Origin: a virus | Lineage: Duplodnaviria; Caudoviricetes | DNA: 25,439 nt | IMG/VR virus record: IMGVR_UViG_3300021425_000172 | Location: 1-25,439 of that record | Reading direction: 5' to 3' (one strand) | Shown here: positions 1 through 7,966 of the stretch, piece by piece | How the letters are laid out: the number at the start of each line of letters is the position of its first letter | Position numbering within the stretch: the stretch's first letter is position 1 | Program-made: the position numbers and the translations under genes | The notes under the pieces: model-generated | The model's input: only the letters and a program-made list of their open reading frames with translations | Databases searched by the model: none | What the model was told of the DNA's origin: nothing

Positions 1-127
1 TGATAATAACAATCTTGTGTAAATATGCTTGCAAGGAGTAAAATTATGTTGATTGAATATGTTGCTGATCTCAAACAAGATCTTGAACTTGAACAGTTGA
101 TTGATGAAAATCTCATAGATGAATGGT
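1..127 (+). repeat. Terminal overlap, copy 1 (identical to 25313-25439)
   Basis: TGATAATAACAATC...GATGAATGGT is repeated exactly at the end of the window. 127 is a common assembler k-mer length. Confidence 0.97.
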
Positions 128-228
128 TCCATCCATACAACGACACTTACATAATAGTCACAGAAAATGGTGACATCATACTAGATATACTAGAAAAACA
201 AGGTATTGAACCCATTATAAAGGGCTAA
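46..228 (+). CDS. Hypothetical small acidic protein (60 aa, MLIEYVADLK...)
   Basis: AAGGAG at 33-38 favours ATG46 over ATG25. GTAAATA lies at 19-25. The 5' end sits inside a structured region. Confidence 0.6.
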   Translation: MLIEYVADLKQDLELEQLIDENLIDEWFHPYNDTYIIVTENGDIILDILEKQGIEPIIKG

Positions 229-241
229 TCTAAGGTTCCTA

Positions 242-248
242 ATAAATA
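242..248 (+). promoter_or_regulatory. T4-type late promoter motif ATAAATA
   Basis: Intergenic, 5 nt upstream of ATG254; no Shine-Dalgarno present. Confidence 0.6.
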
Positions 249-253
249 ATAAT

Positions 254-697
254 ATGAAAAGAGTAGATGACCCAAGCACACCACAAAAGACAGGAAAACG
301 CAAGTATGGTACCAAAGAAGTACCTGGCGTTGTTGTGGGCAGAGACAAATTAGTTGTACCCCCAGAAGAAGTAGAACAACTAGCACAAATTGGTCTAAAA
401 GACAAAGAAATTGCTGCATGGTTTGGTATTAATGATAACACACTTCGTTTTAATTTTAGCGTAGAATTACTAAAAGGCCGTGAAAAAATGAAAATGAGTT
501 TGCGTCAAGCTATGATTAAAAATGCAACACATAACATGAATGCAGCACTACAGATATTCCTAGCCAAGAACTATTTAGGTATGAGTGATTCACCATTGGA
601 TGCAGAATCCAATGCTCCTTTGCCTTGGATAGAATCTGAAACTGTAGAAGTTGAAATTGAAGAATATGAGGAGATTGATGATGAAGAGATTGAATAA
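254..697 (+). CDS. Putative terminase small subunit (HTH-containing)
   Basis: HTH-like segment EVEQLAQIGLKDKEIAAWFGINDNTL, then A.QIFLAKNYLGMSD motif typical of phage TerS-like proteins, and an acidic tail. Confidence 0.65.
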   Translation: MKRVDDPSTPQKTGKRKYGTKEVPGVVVGRDKLVVPPEEVEQLAQIGLKDKEIAAWFGINDNTLRFNFSVELLKGREKMKMSLRQAMIKNATHNMNAALQIFLAKNYLGMSDSPLDAESNAPLPWIESETVEVEIEEYEEIDDEEIE

Positions 698-902
698 AGT
701 TTGGTGGAAAGGCAACGACGGTTACTACAAAGAAATCAAACCACGTATGTGGGAAGGTCCATTTGAAGAATACGTAGAAGAAACAGTAACTGACTCAGAT
801 TATGCTAATCCAGAAGTATCTAGCGTAGAAGTAGAACGTGTAGTAGAAGTAGATGAGCAAATTAATTTAACGCCAGCCAAAAAAGTGGTTGACAAACCTT
901 AA
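678..902 (+). CDS. Hypothetical protein (~74 aa)
   Basis: GAGGAG at 668-673 supports ATG678 or ATG681; overlaps the end of the preceding gene. Confidence 0.6.
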   Translation: MMKRLNKVWWKGNDGYYKEIKPRMWEGPFEEYVEETVTDSDYANPEVSSVEVERVVEVDEQINLTPAKKVVDKP

Positions 903-917
903 CTTTGACGCTAAACT
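889..917 (+). promoter_or_regulatory. Sigma70-type promoter P1
   Basis: TTGACA (889-894), 17-nt spacer, TAAACT (912-917). Shares GTTGACAAACCT with the promoter at 24560-24571. Confidence 0.7.
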
Positions 918-923
918 GTATAT

Positions 924-1041
924 AACGGTAAGAAAATTAGTTGCTCTATCATTAACAGAGCTTGAATCTGTTATAAACTACATGCCCTGTGCTACCGTGG
1001 GGCACTCCTTTGAATTAAAGGCTCTTAATTGAGCCTTTTTT
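924..1041 (+). ncRNA. Candidate small RNA 1 (~120 nt)
   Basis: No ORF between promoter P1 and an intrinsic terminator. Hairpins TAACAGA/TCTGTTA (953-973) and TGCCCTGTG/CGTGGGGCA (983-1004, three G-U pairs). Exposed anti-SD CTCCTT at 1005-1010. Confidence 0.55.
1017..1041 (+). terminator. Rho-independent terminator
   Basis: AAAGGCTC-TTAATT-GAGCCTTT followed by a T run. Confidence 0.85.
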
Positions 1042-1042
1042 C

Positions 1043-1071
1043 TTGACTTATGATAAATAATAGTATATAAT
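1043..1071 (+). promoter_or_regulatory. Sigma70 promoter P2 with ATAAATA embedded in its spacer
   Basis: TTGACT (1043-1048), 17 nt, TATAAT (1066-1071); ATAAATA at 1053-1059. Confidence 0.8.
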
Positions 1072-1095
1072 GTGTAATATAATAGGAGAATTAAA

Positions 1096-1524
1096 ATGGC
1101 AACTAATACACAACTTTCAATAGAAATAATGTACAAGCTCAAAGAGTTTCTTAATAATGAAATTCGTCAGAATGGTGAAATACAAATCAATAATAACCGT
1201 ATATGGAATGGCTGGCTACACAAAATGGACAATGAAGTATGGTATGGCATACTTCGCACATTACAACAATTAGAACGTGAACGCGGCGTACACTTTACAA
1301 TACATCAAAGTGAAGCAGTGCGTCAAGGTCTAGAACTACTAGACAAATATTCAGATTATTATGACAAAGTACTTGACATGAACAATCGTCATGTCAAAGC
1401 CAAAAGTGTTGCTTGGAAATGTTTACACACTGTTAGAGAAATATGGAATACGGCAGTAGGTGAAGATTTACCAAATAGCAATGTCAGTCGTGTTAAAACA
1501 AATTTTGGAGATATATTTGAATGA
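1096..1524 (+). CDS. Hypothetical protein (142 aa, probably helical)
   Basis: AGGAG at 1084-1088; first gene after promoter P2; no motif recognised. Confidence 0.85.
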   Translation: MATNTQLSIEIMYKLKEFLNNEIRQNGEIQINNNRIWNGWLHKMDNEVWYGILRTLQQLERERGVHFTIHQSEAVRQGLELLDKYSDYYDKVLDMNNRHVKAKSVAWKCLHTVREIWNTAVGEDLPNSNVSRVKTNFGDIFE

Positions 1525-1892
1525 AATACAAGTATGCAAACAGTAGTTATAAACCCCTAGCAGAAAATGAAAAAAAATGTAGTGGTAGACCTAAGGGAAG
1601 AAATCCTAGCCAATGGATGACAGGCCCAGATCCTCTAACACATGACAAACATTATGCCTATCTAAAACATAGAAGTCAAGCAATATATCGTGGCGATGAT
1701 TACAATCTAACTTGGGAAGATTGGCAAGAATTATGGCCTGATGAATTGTTTCTACAACGTGGAAGAAGTTCAGACAGTTTGTGTTTGATGCTTGTTGACA
1801 GAGATTGTGCATGGGATATGGACAATGTTGAAATGGTTACAAGAGCAGAGCTAACACGTAGAACTCATCATGGAGAACGCAATAAATGTTAG
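1521..1892 (+). CDS. Putative HNH-like phage endonuclease or nucleic-acid-binding protein
   Basis: Pattern SQA..RG..Y.LTWEDW.ELW...RGR....LCL...D...W..DNV resembles degenerate His-Me-finger phage proteins. ATGA-coupled to the previous gene and close to terL. Confidence 0.45.
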   Translation: MKYKYANSSYKPLAENEKKCSGRPKGRNPSQWMTGPDPLTHDKHYAYLKHRSQAIYRGDDYNLTWEDWQELWPDELFLQRGRSSDSLCLMLVDRDCAWDMDNVEMVTRAELTRRTHHGERNKC

Positions 1893-2101
1893 ATCCTAAC
1901 TTTGATCCATATGAAGAATTATTACAAATCAAAACTACACTAAACAATCTTATTAATGCACACAATGAGATGAGTAACATGTTTGTTGACCTTAGCAGTC
2001 AACATCAAAGAGTTACTAACATGTTAGGTAGAGCACAAAAAGATATACAATTATTATACAAACAAATAAAAATACTCAAAGAAGATAATGCAACTAAGTG
2101 A
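1886..2101 (+). CDS. Hypothetical coiled-coil protein (71 aa)
   Basis: GGAG upstream, heptad pattern, overlaps both neighbours. Confidence 0.75.
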   Translation: MLDPNFDPYEELLQIKTTLNNLINAHNEMSNMFVDLSSQHQRVTNMLGRAQKDIQLLYKQIKILKEDNATK

Positions 2102-3332
2102 CCCGCAACGTATAGTAGCAGATGATCCATCACGTTTTAAGGTAGTTGTAGCAGGTAGACGCTTTGGCAAAACTTATCTTAGTATGCGTGAAATATGCTT
2201 TCGTGCTAGAATACCCAACCAAGAAATATTCTATATAACTACAAGTTATAGAGCGGCTAAAATGATCTTATGGAAGCCCCTCAAACGTAGACTAATGGAT
2301 TTAAGATGGGTCAAGAAAATAAACGAATCAGAACTATCAATACTGTTGAAAAATGGTTCAACCATAAGCCTAAAAGGCGCAGAAGATCCAGACAAACTAC
2401 GTGGTGTAAGCCTTTCCTATGCAGTTATAGATGAAGCCGCAGAATGTAAACTAGATGCATTGTGGGGAGAGATTGTACGTCCTGCACTAGCTGACCAAGA
2501 AGGTGGCGCACTGTTTATTGGCACACCCAAAGGTAAATCAAATCCATTATATGACCTTTATAATTTTGCAGGCGATGAAACAAATAAAGATTGGAGTGCA
2601 TATCAGTTTACAACATTAGATGGTGGCTTTGTAAGTAAAGAAGAAATTGCAGCAGCCAAACAAGATATGAGTGAACGACAGTTCCGCCAAGAATTTCTTG
2701 CAACATTTGAAAGTTATGAAAACAGAGTTGCATGGGGCTTTGATAGAGAACAAAACTGCAAAGACCTACAAGATTATGATTTAAGAATTATACATGTTGG
2801 TATGGACTTTAACATCAATCCAGCATGTGCAACCATAGGTGTGCAAACAGACAAAGAAACACTGCACATAATAGATGAACTACAGATCTATAGTTCAAAC
2901 ACAGATGAAATGGCTGATGAGATAGAACGTAGATATCCTACTAGCAAAGTATTTGTATATCCAGATCCTAGTGGTTCAAGACGCCAAACGTCAAGTGGTG
3001 GTATGAGTGATCATACCATATTACAAAACAGAGGATTTGTTGTAAAAGCCCCTCGCAAACATGATCCTGTAAAAGATAGAATCAACGCTATCAATGCTCG
3101 TTTCTGCTCCGCAGAGGGCGAAAGAAAGCTATTTATTAGTAAAGCCGCTAAATACACTGTAGAAAGTTTGGACAAACATACATTTAAAGAAGGTACACAA
3201 GTGCCAGACAAAGACTCAGGATATGACCATATGTTTGATGCTCTAAGTTATTGTGTTGCATACATGTACCCAATAAGAAAGACAGTGAAGCAACAAGCAC
3301 AACCTGTAAGTTGGGGCCATAAAATTGTATAA
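2088..3332 (+). CDS. terL: Terminase large subunit
   Basis: Walker A AGRRFGKT, Walker B AVIDEAA, coupling motif FIGTPKG, RNase H-like nuclease motifs VGMDFN and DHMFDAL. Confidence 0.96.
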   Translation: MQLSDPQRIVADDPSRFKVVVAGRRFGKTYLSMREICFRARIPNQEIFYITTSYRAAKMILWKPLKRRLMDLRWVKKINESELSILLKNGSTISLKGAEDPDKLRGVSLSYAVIDEAAECKLDALWGEIVRPALADQEGGALFIGTPKGKSNPLYDLYNFAGDETNKDWSAYQFTTLDGGFVSKEEIAAAKQDMSERQFRQEFLATFESYENRVAWGFDREQNCKDLQDYDLRIIHVGMDFNINPACATIGVQTDKETLHIIDELQIYSSNTDEMADEIERRYPTSKVFVYPDPSGSRRQTSSGGMSDHTILQNRGFVVKAPRKHDPVKDRINAINARFCSAEGERKLFISKAAKYTVESLDKHTFKEGTQVPDKDSGYDHMFDALSYCVAYMYPIRKTVKQQAQPVSWGHKIV

Positions 3333-3341
3333 GGACACAAC

Positions 3342-4781
3342 ATGAACATAACAGATACCATTGAAAATCAAATTGATAGTATATTAACTGGCAACAATAT
3401 TTACGTTGAATTGCAAGACCGCTGGATATACTATTTGCAAAGTTACCTAGGCGGTCAAGAATATTCAGATGCAGGACATCTAACCAAATACGTTAATGAA
3501 ACAGCAGAACAATATCTTGCTAGATGCAGGACCACACCATTAGAAAATCACTGCTCAGCTGTTGTAAGTGTTTACAACAGTTTCTTATTTAGAAGAGCAC
3601 CAGATAGAGACCTTGGACTAATAGAAGGCATGGGCGAAGTTGAAGAATTACTTCGTGATTGTGATTTTGAAAACCGCAGCCTCAATCAATTTATGAATGA
3701 CTTGCACACATGGATGAGTGTGTTTGGCCATGCATGGGTTGTAGTAACACAAGCAAGTGTAGAAGCATACACACTTGCAGATCAAAGAGATCAAGGTGTA
3801 AGACCATACCTTTCAATGCTAACACCTCTTGCAGTGTTAGATTGGGAATATGACAGAATGCCAAGTGGCCGTTATGACTTAGGCTATTTCAAATATGTAG
3901 AAGATATTAATGGTAGTGTACGTGTAATCAAAGAATGGACCAAAGATGCTATCAAAACAACTACTGTAGATGCTGAAGAGGGTGTTATTGTAGATGAGTT
4001 GTTGGAAAATAATGAACTAGGTTATATACCAGCAGTTATATGTTATAACAAACGTTCAAGCCTACGTGGCATAGGTGAAAGTGATATTAATGATATTGCT
4101 GATCTACAAAAGTTTATCTACAATGCTACCTCAGAAGTAGAACAATCAATTCGTTTAAACACACACCCAAGCCTAGTAAAAACACCAGATACACAAGCAG
4201 GTATTGGTGCAGGTTCAATCATACATGTAGATGAATCAATGGACCCAGGCTTGAAGCCATATCTATTAGAATATACAGGTGCAAGTGTTGATTCAATTTA
4301 TACTGCAATCAAACATGCAACTGATGCAATTGACAAATTAGCAAACACAGGCGCTGTTAGGGCAACAGAAAGTCGTACAATGAGTGGAGTAGCAATGGAA
4401 ACGGAATTCCAATTACTAAACAGCAAATTGTCAAACAAAGCAAATTCAATCACACTTGCAGAAGAAAATATATGGCGCATAATTTGTGATTATCTAGGCA
4501 GACAGTGGACTGGCTCAATTGAATATCCTGGTTCATTTAACATTCGTGATACTGAAAGTGAAATAAATCAGTTACGCATAGCAAAAGATACTGCAACTTC
4601 AAGTAAAGTTATGGAATACATTGATCGTCAAATACTTGATTGGATGGATGTTGATGAAGAAGTTGATTTATTTGAACCACATGTTATGCAAAATCCTGAA
4701 ACGGGCGAAACACGCATAGCGCAAACAATGGACGAACACTTAGAGCTGGCTGCACAAGGTTGGATACATCCAGAGGAGTAA
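3342..4781 (+). CDS. Portal protein (SPP1 gp6-like)
   Basis: 479 aa directly after terL; motifs LGYIPAV, GIGESDI.DIADLQ, SGVAM..EFQLLN..L. Confidence 0.9.
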   Translation: MNITDTIENQIDSILTGNNIYVELQDRWIYYLQSYLGGQEYSDAGHLTKYVNETAEQYLARCRTTPLENHCSAVVSVYNSFLFRRAPDRDLGLIEGMGEVEELLRDCDFENRSLNQFMNDLHTWMSVFGHAWVVVTQASVEAYTLADQRDQGVRPYLSMLTPLAVLDWEYDRMPSGRYDLGYFKYVEDINGSVRVIKEWTKDAIKTTTVDAEEGVIVDELLENNELGYIPAVICYNKRSSLRGIGESDINDIADLQKFIYNATSEVEQSIRLNTHPSLVKTPDTQAGIGAGSIIHVDESMDPGLKPYLLEYTGASVDSIYTAIKHATDAIDKLANTGAVRATESRTMSGVAMETEFQLLNSKLSNKANSITLAEENIWRIICDYLGRQWTGSIEYPGSFNIRDTESEINQLRIAKDTATSSKVMEYIDRQILDWMDVDEEVDLFEPHVMQNPETGETRIAQTMDEHLELAAQGWIHPEE

Positions 4782-4784
4782 TTA

Positions 4785-4937
4785 ATGCCAGTAATGAAAT
4801 GTGCAAATGGTGGTTATAAATGGGGAGCATCAGGCAAATGTTTTCCAACAAAAGCACAAGCAGAAAAACAGGGGAGGGCAATCATGGCAAGCCGTGGAAA
4901 AAAGAAGAAGAAAAAAGGCGGATCTAGAGGCAAATAA
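4785..4937 (+). CDS. Small basic protein (50 aa, MPVMKCANGGYKWGASGKCFPTKAQAEKQGRAIMASRGKKKKKKGGSRGK); absent from the ORF track
   Basis: GAGGAG at 4773-4778, ATG4785, TAA at 4935-4937; translated by hand. Confidence 0.8.
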   Translation: MPVMKCANGGYKWGASGKCFPTKAQAEKQGRAIMASRGKKKKKKGGSRGK

Positions 4938-5259
4938 TTGGAATGAATACTTTTATAGTATTCGCAAAGTTTGTCCATGGAGTTATAGTGCTTGGAAATC
5001 TAACAAAATAGACATTGTTAGGTGGACAGGTGTTGTTTATGATCTAGGAGAACTAGAAGCTAGATGTTATGTGTTAGACAGAAAGCCTAGACTTCTAAAA
5101 AAAATAGAAAAACGTCTAAACGAACAAAGATCACACGAGGAATGGTTGCATAGTCATCCTTCATTTGGACCAAATGCTACACCACAACCTGTTCTTATAC
5201 AGCAAGACTATGCAAAACTAGCACAAGCAAGGAAAAAATACTATGGCAACGTATTATAG
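4894..5259 (+). CDS. Hypothetical protein with a VCPWS motif (start uncertain)
   Basis: Plausible part is WNEYFYSIRKVCPWS...EWLHSHP. The in-frame GTG4894 avoids most of the overlap with the 4785-4937 gene. Confidence 0.65.
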   Translation: MEKRRRKKADLEANNWNEYFYSIRKVCPWSYSAWKSNKIDIVRWTGVVYDLGELEARCYVLDRKPRLLKKIEKRLNEQRSHEEWLHSHPSFGPNATPQPVLIQQDYAKLAQARKKYYGNVL

Positions 5260-5437
5260 ATCACAATGCAAAACAGATTGTTCAGGACATCGTGCAGGGG
5301 CAAGATATGCACGTCGTGGTGGACGCAGTCTAACAAGAAGTAGTAGTAGTTTTAACAAAGGTATGCGTATTGTACAAGGACAACTCAAGAAAAAGGGTGT
5401 GCGTACAAGAATGGGCATAACTAAACGTAGCAAATAA
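5243..5437 (+). CDS. Small Arg/Lys-rich protein (64 aa)
   Basis: AAGGA upstream; CKTDCSGHRAG motif; very basic. Confidence 0.7.
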   Translation: MATYYRSQCKTDCSGHRAGARYARRGGRSLTRSSSSFNKGMRIVQGQLKKKGVRTRMGITKRSK

Positions 5438-5467
5438 CCGTAATAAAGGTGGTTTTGCAACATTTAG

Positions 5468-5474
5468 ATAAATA
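5468..5474 (+). promoter_or_regulatory. T4-type late promoter motif ATAAATA upstream of the scaffold-capsid operon
   Basis: Intergenic, ~40 nt before ATG5514, which has a strong AAGGAGG RBS. Confidence 0.65.
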
Positions 5475-5513
5475 ATTTTATAATATTAACTCTATAAGGA
5501 GGCGAGGTTAACA

Positions 5514-6200
5514 ATGGACCATAATACAGAAACATTGGCTATGAATGAAAGTGCAACTGAGGCACCAGCCACAACTGAAACTCAGGCAGAAGCAAAAACT
5601 TACACACAACAAGAAGTTGACAATATGATGGCTCGTATGCGAGGATCAATTGAACGTAAAGTTCTTAAACCTTATCAAGAATTAGGTGATCCAGAAGAGC
5701 TTAGAGCACTCAGAGATGCGGATGAAAAACGCAGACAAGAAGAGCAACTCAAGCGTGGGGAGTTTGAAAAGACTCTACAAGAATTAGCTTCTAAAAAGGA
5801 TCAGGAGATTCTAAAAAGAGACGAGATTATTAAGGAATACAAGGTAAATTCACCACTGCTTAATTCAGCAGCCAAATACAAAAGTGTTAATCCTGAACAG
5901 GTGCAAAACTTATTGGCAAGAAGTGTAAGACTTAATAGTGAAGGAGACGTAGAAGTAGTAGATAGTGCAGGAAGTGTTCGCTACAATGATTCAGGTGCAC
6001 CTATTGGTGTTGATGATCTAGTTAGAGAATTCCTAGATGCGAATCCGCATTTTGTACAACCTACACCTACAACTTCTAACACCAAAAGCAATCAAGGAAC
6101 TGGTGTAGGTTCTGAGGCTTTTGATCTTGCAAGTTTAGATTTAACCAATCCTGAACACAGAAAAATGTACAAACAAGCCCGTATAAAGGGTTTGATATAA
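5514..6200 (+). CDS. Capsid scaffolding protein
   Basis: KTYTQQEVD motif, long charged coiled coil, EFL..NPHF, disordered C-terminus; immediately before the capsid gene. Confidence 0.85.
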   Translation: MDHNTETLAMNESATEAPATTETQAEAKTYTQQEVDNMMARMRGSIERKVLKPYQELGDPEELRALRDADEKRRQEEQLKRGEFEKTLQELASKKDQEILKRDEIIKEYKVNSPLLNSAAKYKSVNPEQVQNLLARSVRLNSEGDVEVVDSAGSVRYNDSGAPIGVDDLVREFLDANPHFVQPTPTTSNTKSNQGTGVGSEAFDLASLDLTNPEHRKMYKQARIKGLI

Positions 6201-6227
6201 AATAGCCAATATTAAGGAGAAATTATT

Positions 6228-7046
6228 ATGGCAAACGAATATCTTTCAGGCTTTAGCTTAGAAGGTCTAGTAGTACCTACAAAAGCCGCAACGATTTACA
6301 CTGCTCAAGAGCAGTCTTTGTTCCTAGGTGGACAACTTGTTCCTATGGTCAATGTACCAGCAGGTTCACAATCAGCTCAAGTACCAGTACTTGGCGAAGT
6401 AACAGCTTCTTCAATCACAGATGATTCAGCTAACACTGACCTAGCTGCTCAAGTTATTGCAGATACTGTTGCAACTATCCCAGTTAACCTATATGCAGCT
6501 CGTTCTGTTGTACGTGACTTGGGCGGACTTGATCCAAACGAATTGGGTCGTGTACTTGGTAACGCTGTTGCTAAGAGCTTTGACACAGCAGTTCTAACTG
6601 CTATGGCAGCTGACCTAACAGAATCTACAACTGACTCTGTACCAATGACAGCTGATGCAATCTTTGACGCTGTTGCACAAATCCGTGCTAATGGTGAAAT
6701 GGGACAACTTTATGGTATCCTTTCTACTTCAGAAGCAAGCAACTTAATGAAAGCACTATACACTGACGGCAACTTTGCTGGTGGTGACTTCCAAACTGAA
6801 GCTCTACGTAATGGTTACGTAGGTAGTTTTGCTGGTGTACAGATGTTCCAATCTGCACTTGTTCCAGCAGCACACAGTGGCTTCATCTTTGGCCCAGATG
6901 CTTGCAGAATTGCTATGCAGAAGAATGCTGACATTGAAGTTCAGCGTAGAGCGGCCGCAGTTGGTAACGACGTTGTAGCATCAATTCACGCAGGTGTTGG
7001 TGTTGTTGACGGCAACCGTGGTGTACAGTTAATCAACGTAGCGTAA
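6228..7046 (+). CDS. Major capsid protein (HK97 fold, compact 272 aa)
   Basis: Follows the scaffold gene. LGRVLGNAVAKSFD backbone helix, VGSFAGVQMFQS, IEVQRRA; strong RBS and biased codon usage. Confidence 0.88.
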   Translation: MANEYLSGFSLEGLVVPTKAATIYTAQEQSLFLGGQLVPMVNVPAGSQSAQVPVLGEVTASSITDDSANTDLAAQVIADTVATIPVNLYAARSVVRDLGGLDPNELGRVLGNAVAKSFDTAVLTAMAADLTESTTDSVPMTADAIFDAVAQIRANGEMGQLYGILSTSEASNLMKALYTDGNFAGGDFQTEALRNGYVGSFAGVQMFQSALVPAAHSGFIFGPDACRIAMQKNADIEVQRRAAAVGNDVVASIHAGVGVVDGNRGVQLINVA

Positions 7047-7057
7047 GGGGACCAGTA

Positions 7058-7564
7058 ATGGCATTTATTACTGAAGATGATGTAATAATATCTTTTGCAG
7101 AATACAGTGATGTATTAGAAAAGGATAAGCGTCTATTTGACAGTAATGAAGGCTTGACTGACGATGTAGTTGAAGAAGCATGTATTAGAGCTACAGAACG
7201 CATTCTATCAAGATTGCGTTCTAGTACGTGGTGGAGAAGTTATTATCTAGAACGTACTACTACACCTCTAACTAGCTATAGTGATATACCATCACTTGAT
7301 CCTAGTAAGATCATTTCCAGAACCAGTGATTTCACAGAACTATGTGTTTACTGGGCATTAGCAGAATATATTCTACCACAAGTAGCAGATTTTGGTAATG
7401 AAGAGGATAGTGAAAAGAACAAGATGTCTTGGTATTCAAATAGATACGAAGGGTTGTTTGGTGAACTAATACAAGCAGGCGACTGGTATGATTTTGATGA
7501 CGACGGTACAGTCCAATCAGATGAAAAAGACGCAGGCGTTTATAATTTAATAAGGGTTAGATAA
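7058..7564 (+). CDS. Putative head-tail connector/adaptor
   Basis: First gene after the capsid gene; helical, 168 aa; synteny. Confidence 0.6.
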   Translation: MAFITEDDVIISFAEYSDVLEKDKRLFDSNEGLTDDVVEEACIRATERILSRLRSSTWWRSYYLERTTTPLTSYSDIPSLDPSKIISRTSDFTELCVYWALAEYILPQVADFGNEEDSEKNKMSWYSNRYEGLFGELIQAGDWYDFDDDGTVQSDEKDAGVYNLIRVR

Positions 7565-7956
7565 TGAGGACTCAAGTTATTGATAAAATTAAGGATCTAG
7601 CACTAACAGGTTACAATGTTAGCGTTGAATCTCCTTATGATGATAGCGGAAATCCTCTTTATATAAAAGATCCAAAAGTCTTTTATATTGACCACACCCA
7701 AACTGTACAAGAACCATTGTTCTTAGGTTTGGATGGATTGAATATAAACAATTCTACAACTTCAGTTACTGTTTACTTTACAGTTGACGCAAAGAACGTT
7801 CCAGCAAACTATGAAACTACAATCAATAGTTTGAAGGGCATAAAAGATACTATCAGTTTTGATGGTAGTGTTACAAGAAATTGTAACGTTAGTACTTCAT
7901 ACGAATCAGATTTAATGATTAGTGAGGTGGAATATAATTTTACTAGGATAACATAA
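7564..7956 (+). CDS. Putative tail terminator/neck protein
   Basis: 130 aa, between adaptor and tail tube; TAATG coupling; synteny. Confidence 0.5.
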   Translation: MRTQVIDKIKDLALTGYNVSVESPYDDSGNPLYIKDPKVFYIDHTQTVQEPLFLGLDGLNINNSTTSVTVYFTVDAKNVPANYETTINSLKGIKDTISFDGSVTRNCNVSTSYESDLMISEVEYNFTRIT

Positions 7957-7966
7957 GGAAAAAGCA

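Noticed and set aside
3148-3154. CTAAATA inside terL and TTAAATA at 10858-10864 inside the tape measure gene as promoters
   Set aside because: Both are within coding sequence and expected by chance in AT-rich DNA, with no supporting context.
4801-4893. GTG4801 start of the 152-aa ORF
   Set aside because: It overlaps a better-supported 50-aa gene in another frame that has a strong RBS.
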